Shown here piece after piece: positions 61,365 through 64,000 of a DNA stretch of 64,000 bases. Position numbers and translations under genes: made by a program. The notes under the pieces are model-generated. The model was not told the DNA's origin. It did not search any database and saw nothing but the letters and a program-made list of their open reading frames with translations. The DNA comes from Octopus sinensis (Eukaryota): assembly GCF_006345805.1 (NCBI RefSeq), contig NC_043014.1, positions 8,432,001 through 8,496,000 of the forward strand. The letters are read 5' to 3'. Numbering within the stretch: the stretch's first letter is position 1; each line of letters starts with the position of its first letter.

Positions 61365-61832
61365 CCACCCGCGCCAACCTCATTAAAAGTGCAGTTCTGC
61401 CTGCAATGTTATATGGTAGTGAAACATGGGCTACCACAAAGAGAGAAGAGCAAAGACTGGTAACGGCTCAAAGAGCCATGGAAAGGTCAATGCTTGGTAT
61501 CTCGTTGAGAGAGCACATAAGTAGCAAGATCATCAGAAAGAAGTCCGGTGTGAGAGATGTCATCGCAGAGTATACACGCAGCAAGTATAGATGGGCTGGA
61601 CACGTCGCCCGGCTCACCGATAATCGGTGGACGCACGCAGTTGTCAAGTGGTACCCGTATGAGCGGAAAAGACCACCCGGAAGACCTCCACGATGGTGGA
61701 GTTACAATTTCAGGAGGACGATTGGGATCACGTGGATGAGAAAGGCGTGATCCAGAGAGCAGTGGACAGCGTGCTGTGATCAGCAGTGTCAAATGGACGC
61801 CTGACGGACTGGTTGGTCAAGGTGATCAAGGT
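61365..61832 (+). mobile_element. RTE-clade LINE 3' fragment
   Basis: VLPAMLYGSETW..QRAMERSMLGISL..KYRWAGHVAR..RKRPPGRPPRWW; ends TCAAGGTGATCAAGGT. Confidence 0.9.
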
Positions 61833-62081
61833 ATTATAGATGTTGATATAATTGGCTACCCCTCTTTCCCTAAATGTGGTCATGTGCCTATGTTAGAAAT
61901 CATTGTCACATTTACATGTATTCTGTTCCCTTCAGTGGGAATATTTCTGATATTTGTGATATTTTTGTTATTTAAATATTTTTTAAATTCCAGTGTTTGA
62001 TATTGCAAACCAAGTGGGTGGCACAGCCGGTGTACGAGGGGTATGTAGATCACAATTCTATCTATGTGTTTGTGTTTAGTA

Positions 62082-62986
62082 TACAAGGTGATATCAAAAG
62101 GTTCCCAGATTAGCTATGTTTAATAAAAAATAGTTTATTTACCTAAGTTTTAACATCTTTTTTTTCTAAATAGTCACCGGTCCCAACGTTCCTGCTACTT
62201 TTAGAATCTGGCCTGGAAGTCATTTTCTGTAAGCAAGTTGAGAACCTTGTGTGATTCGCTCTAGATTTCAACAATGGTGTTAAAATGGCAACCTCTGAGC
62301 TGCATTTTCATATTGAGGAAGAAATGGATGTCCACAGGGGCTAAATCTGACAAATAGGGTGGGTATGGAAGCGATACCATGTTGTTTTTGACAAGAAACT
62401 CACGAGTGAGGAGAGCTTGGTGACAGGATGCATTGTCATTATGAAGAATCCAATTCTTCGCACCCCAGATCTGGTTGCTTTCACCAAACATCCTCCCTCA
62501 GACACTTCAAAACTTTGCAGTAGAACTCTCGATTGACAGTCTGACCCTGGGGGACAAATTCTCAATGCACAGTACCTCATTTCTGTGGGTGCTGCTTGTG
62601 GTAGACCTTCCAGATTGCTCATTGTCTTCCAGGGATGTTCTTCTGCTTTTGAAACTCTCGTGCCACTCAAAACATTGTGTACAACCCATTGCCTCATCAC
62701 TGTAAGCTTACCAAAGCATGCTCAATATCTCTAGAGCAGATCTCCCAAGTTTAACGCAAAATTTCCTGTTGGCTCTTTGTTCCTGTCCATGACAAAATTG
62801 CCGACTACAGCATACACATGATCACAAACACACAAATTTCACAACTTGTGAAGTAAAAACAGTGATATCACTTGGCACACTGCCTCATGAAGGTCATTGC
62901 TAGCCCTCACTGTGCATGTGACTGTGTGCTGTGATCTGTTGGGGTACTACAGAACTAGTCATGGAACTTTTTGATACCACCTCGTA
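62082..62986 (-). mobile_element. Degenerate mariner element with both TIRs
   Basis: TIRs 19/22 identical with TA flanks; minus-strand WILHNDNASCH, YPPYLSDLAPVD and WHESFKSRRTSLEDNEQSGR. Confidence 0.88.
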
Positions 62987-63509
62987 GGTGCACAAGTTTG
63001 CATGTTTTTTAAGTTTTATAAATAGGTGCAGTATTTATAGCCTTTGCAGTCCTGACTGGTGAGGGCCACACGGCTGATGTTCAACTTTAGCATTTACAAA
63101 GGGTTTTCAAAGTGACATGTAGTTTTAAAGCAGAAGGACTGGGAAAAAAACATTTCACTTTGGAATGTTGCTATTTGTATAAGATTGAGAGCTTGACAAT
63201 TGCTGATGCATACGTGAGTATGTCTGTGTGTTTGTTTGTGTGTATGGCAGAAACTAGCAGCCCTCTGTATCATAGGAGCACTCCCTGCACACACATATCA
63301 AAATCATTATAAACTTTCAGTTGTGATGGAATTATGGCTGTTACTACAAGTTACCATTTGTTGATAAATGTCTCCAAAACATAATACATCTTTACAGAGG
63401 GATCTGAGGTTTCCCCAATCCCAGTGTCTCTTGATGATTGGGAGCTAAGAAAGCATCAATTGATAAAAATTGGTTTTCTGCTCTACAAAATCTCAAATAC
63501 AGAGCTTAA

Positions 63510-63728
63510 CCCTTTAGTATTTAAACCGGCCATATCCGGCCAAAGTATTTAATCTGTTTTATGTTCAAACTGACCAGATCCAGGCTCTCACACCTACCCT
63601 ACAATGCTATTCTACAATAAGTAATTGCACCATCAAGATCTTGAAGATATTAGGTAATGCATGATTAATTCAAATTAATGGGAATCAATAAGCATTATGT
63701 TTGATAGAATAATCTGAACACTAAAGGA
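63510..63728. mobile_element. piggyBac-type MITE, diverged
   Basis: TTAA|CCCTTTAGT ... ACTAAAGGA|TTAA. Confidence 0.72.
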
Positions 63729-63789
63729 TTAACTACACTAGGCAAAAGTATTTCATGGCTGCTGTCAGGTTTAACTTACACAGCTTTTG

Positions 63790-64000
63790 TAAAGCATGAA
63801 GTTTAGACCTCATTATACTTGTTTCTATAGCAACATATGGATGCGAGACCTGGACACTAAAGAAAGCTGACCAGAAGAGAATCAATGCATTCGAGCTTTG
63901 GTGTTGGAGAAGACTTTTACGGATTCCATGGACAGCGAGGCTCACCAATGGAGAAGTTCTTAAGCAGATCAGGCCGAAAATGTCGCTAGAAGCTAGGATC
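63790..64000 (+). mobile_element. RTE (BovB-like) LINE fragment running off the window
   Basis: IATYGCETWTLKKADQKRINAFELWCWRRLLRIPWTARLTN. Confidence 0.85.

Noticed and set aside
63398-63505. Possible NSF exon 6 (tttacag|AGGGATCTGAG..., EGSEVSPIPVSLDDWELRKHQLIKIGF)
   Set aside because: Similarity to the expected NSF segment is weak, there is no convincing donor, and the frame runs into a MITE.

Overview
Repeat-dominated eukaryotic DNA with no prokaryotic features. The tRNA-derived SINEs and dense (TA)n/(CA)n/(GATA)n tracts resemble Octopus-type cephalopod genomes; that taxon call is an inference. One host gene is recoverable on the + strand, mostly missed by the ORF track: the first five coding exons of an NSF/Sec18 vesicle-fusing AAA+ ATPase (8115-8123, 47806-47900, 53617-53716, 56759-56874, 58410-58558). 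All junctions are GT-AG with compatible phases, giving 156 aa of a divergent N-domain behind a 39.7-kb first intron. Upstream lies a near-intact Tx1/L1-clade LINE (ORF1 tail, APE-RT-zinc knuckle ORF2, two frameshifts). The rest is TE material: several SINE families, a hairpin-minisatellite retroposon with (GAT)n tail, non-autonomous Helitrons, piggyBac-type MITEs, and mariner, Chapaev-like, CR1, RTE and R4-type relics. Most interesting: (i) multimeric SINE-B arrays with the same junction at three loci, one flanked by a single 17-bp TSD; (ii) a 42-bp gap-free, G:U-rich hairpin on the host sense strand (43321-43422); (iii) the divergent NSF N-domain; (iv) a 1.8-kb foldback with a hammerhead-like core; (v) modular SINEs, one with a tail matching an RTE LINE end in the same window. 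Family labels A-D are my own working names. Repeat boundaries are approximate.
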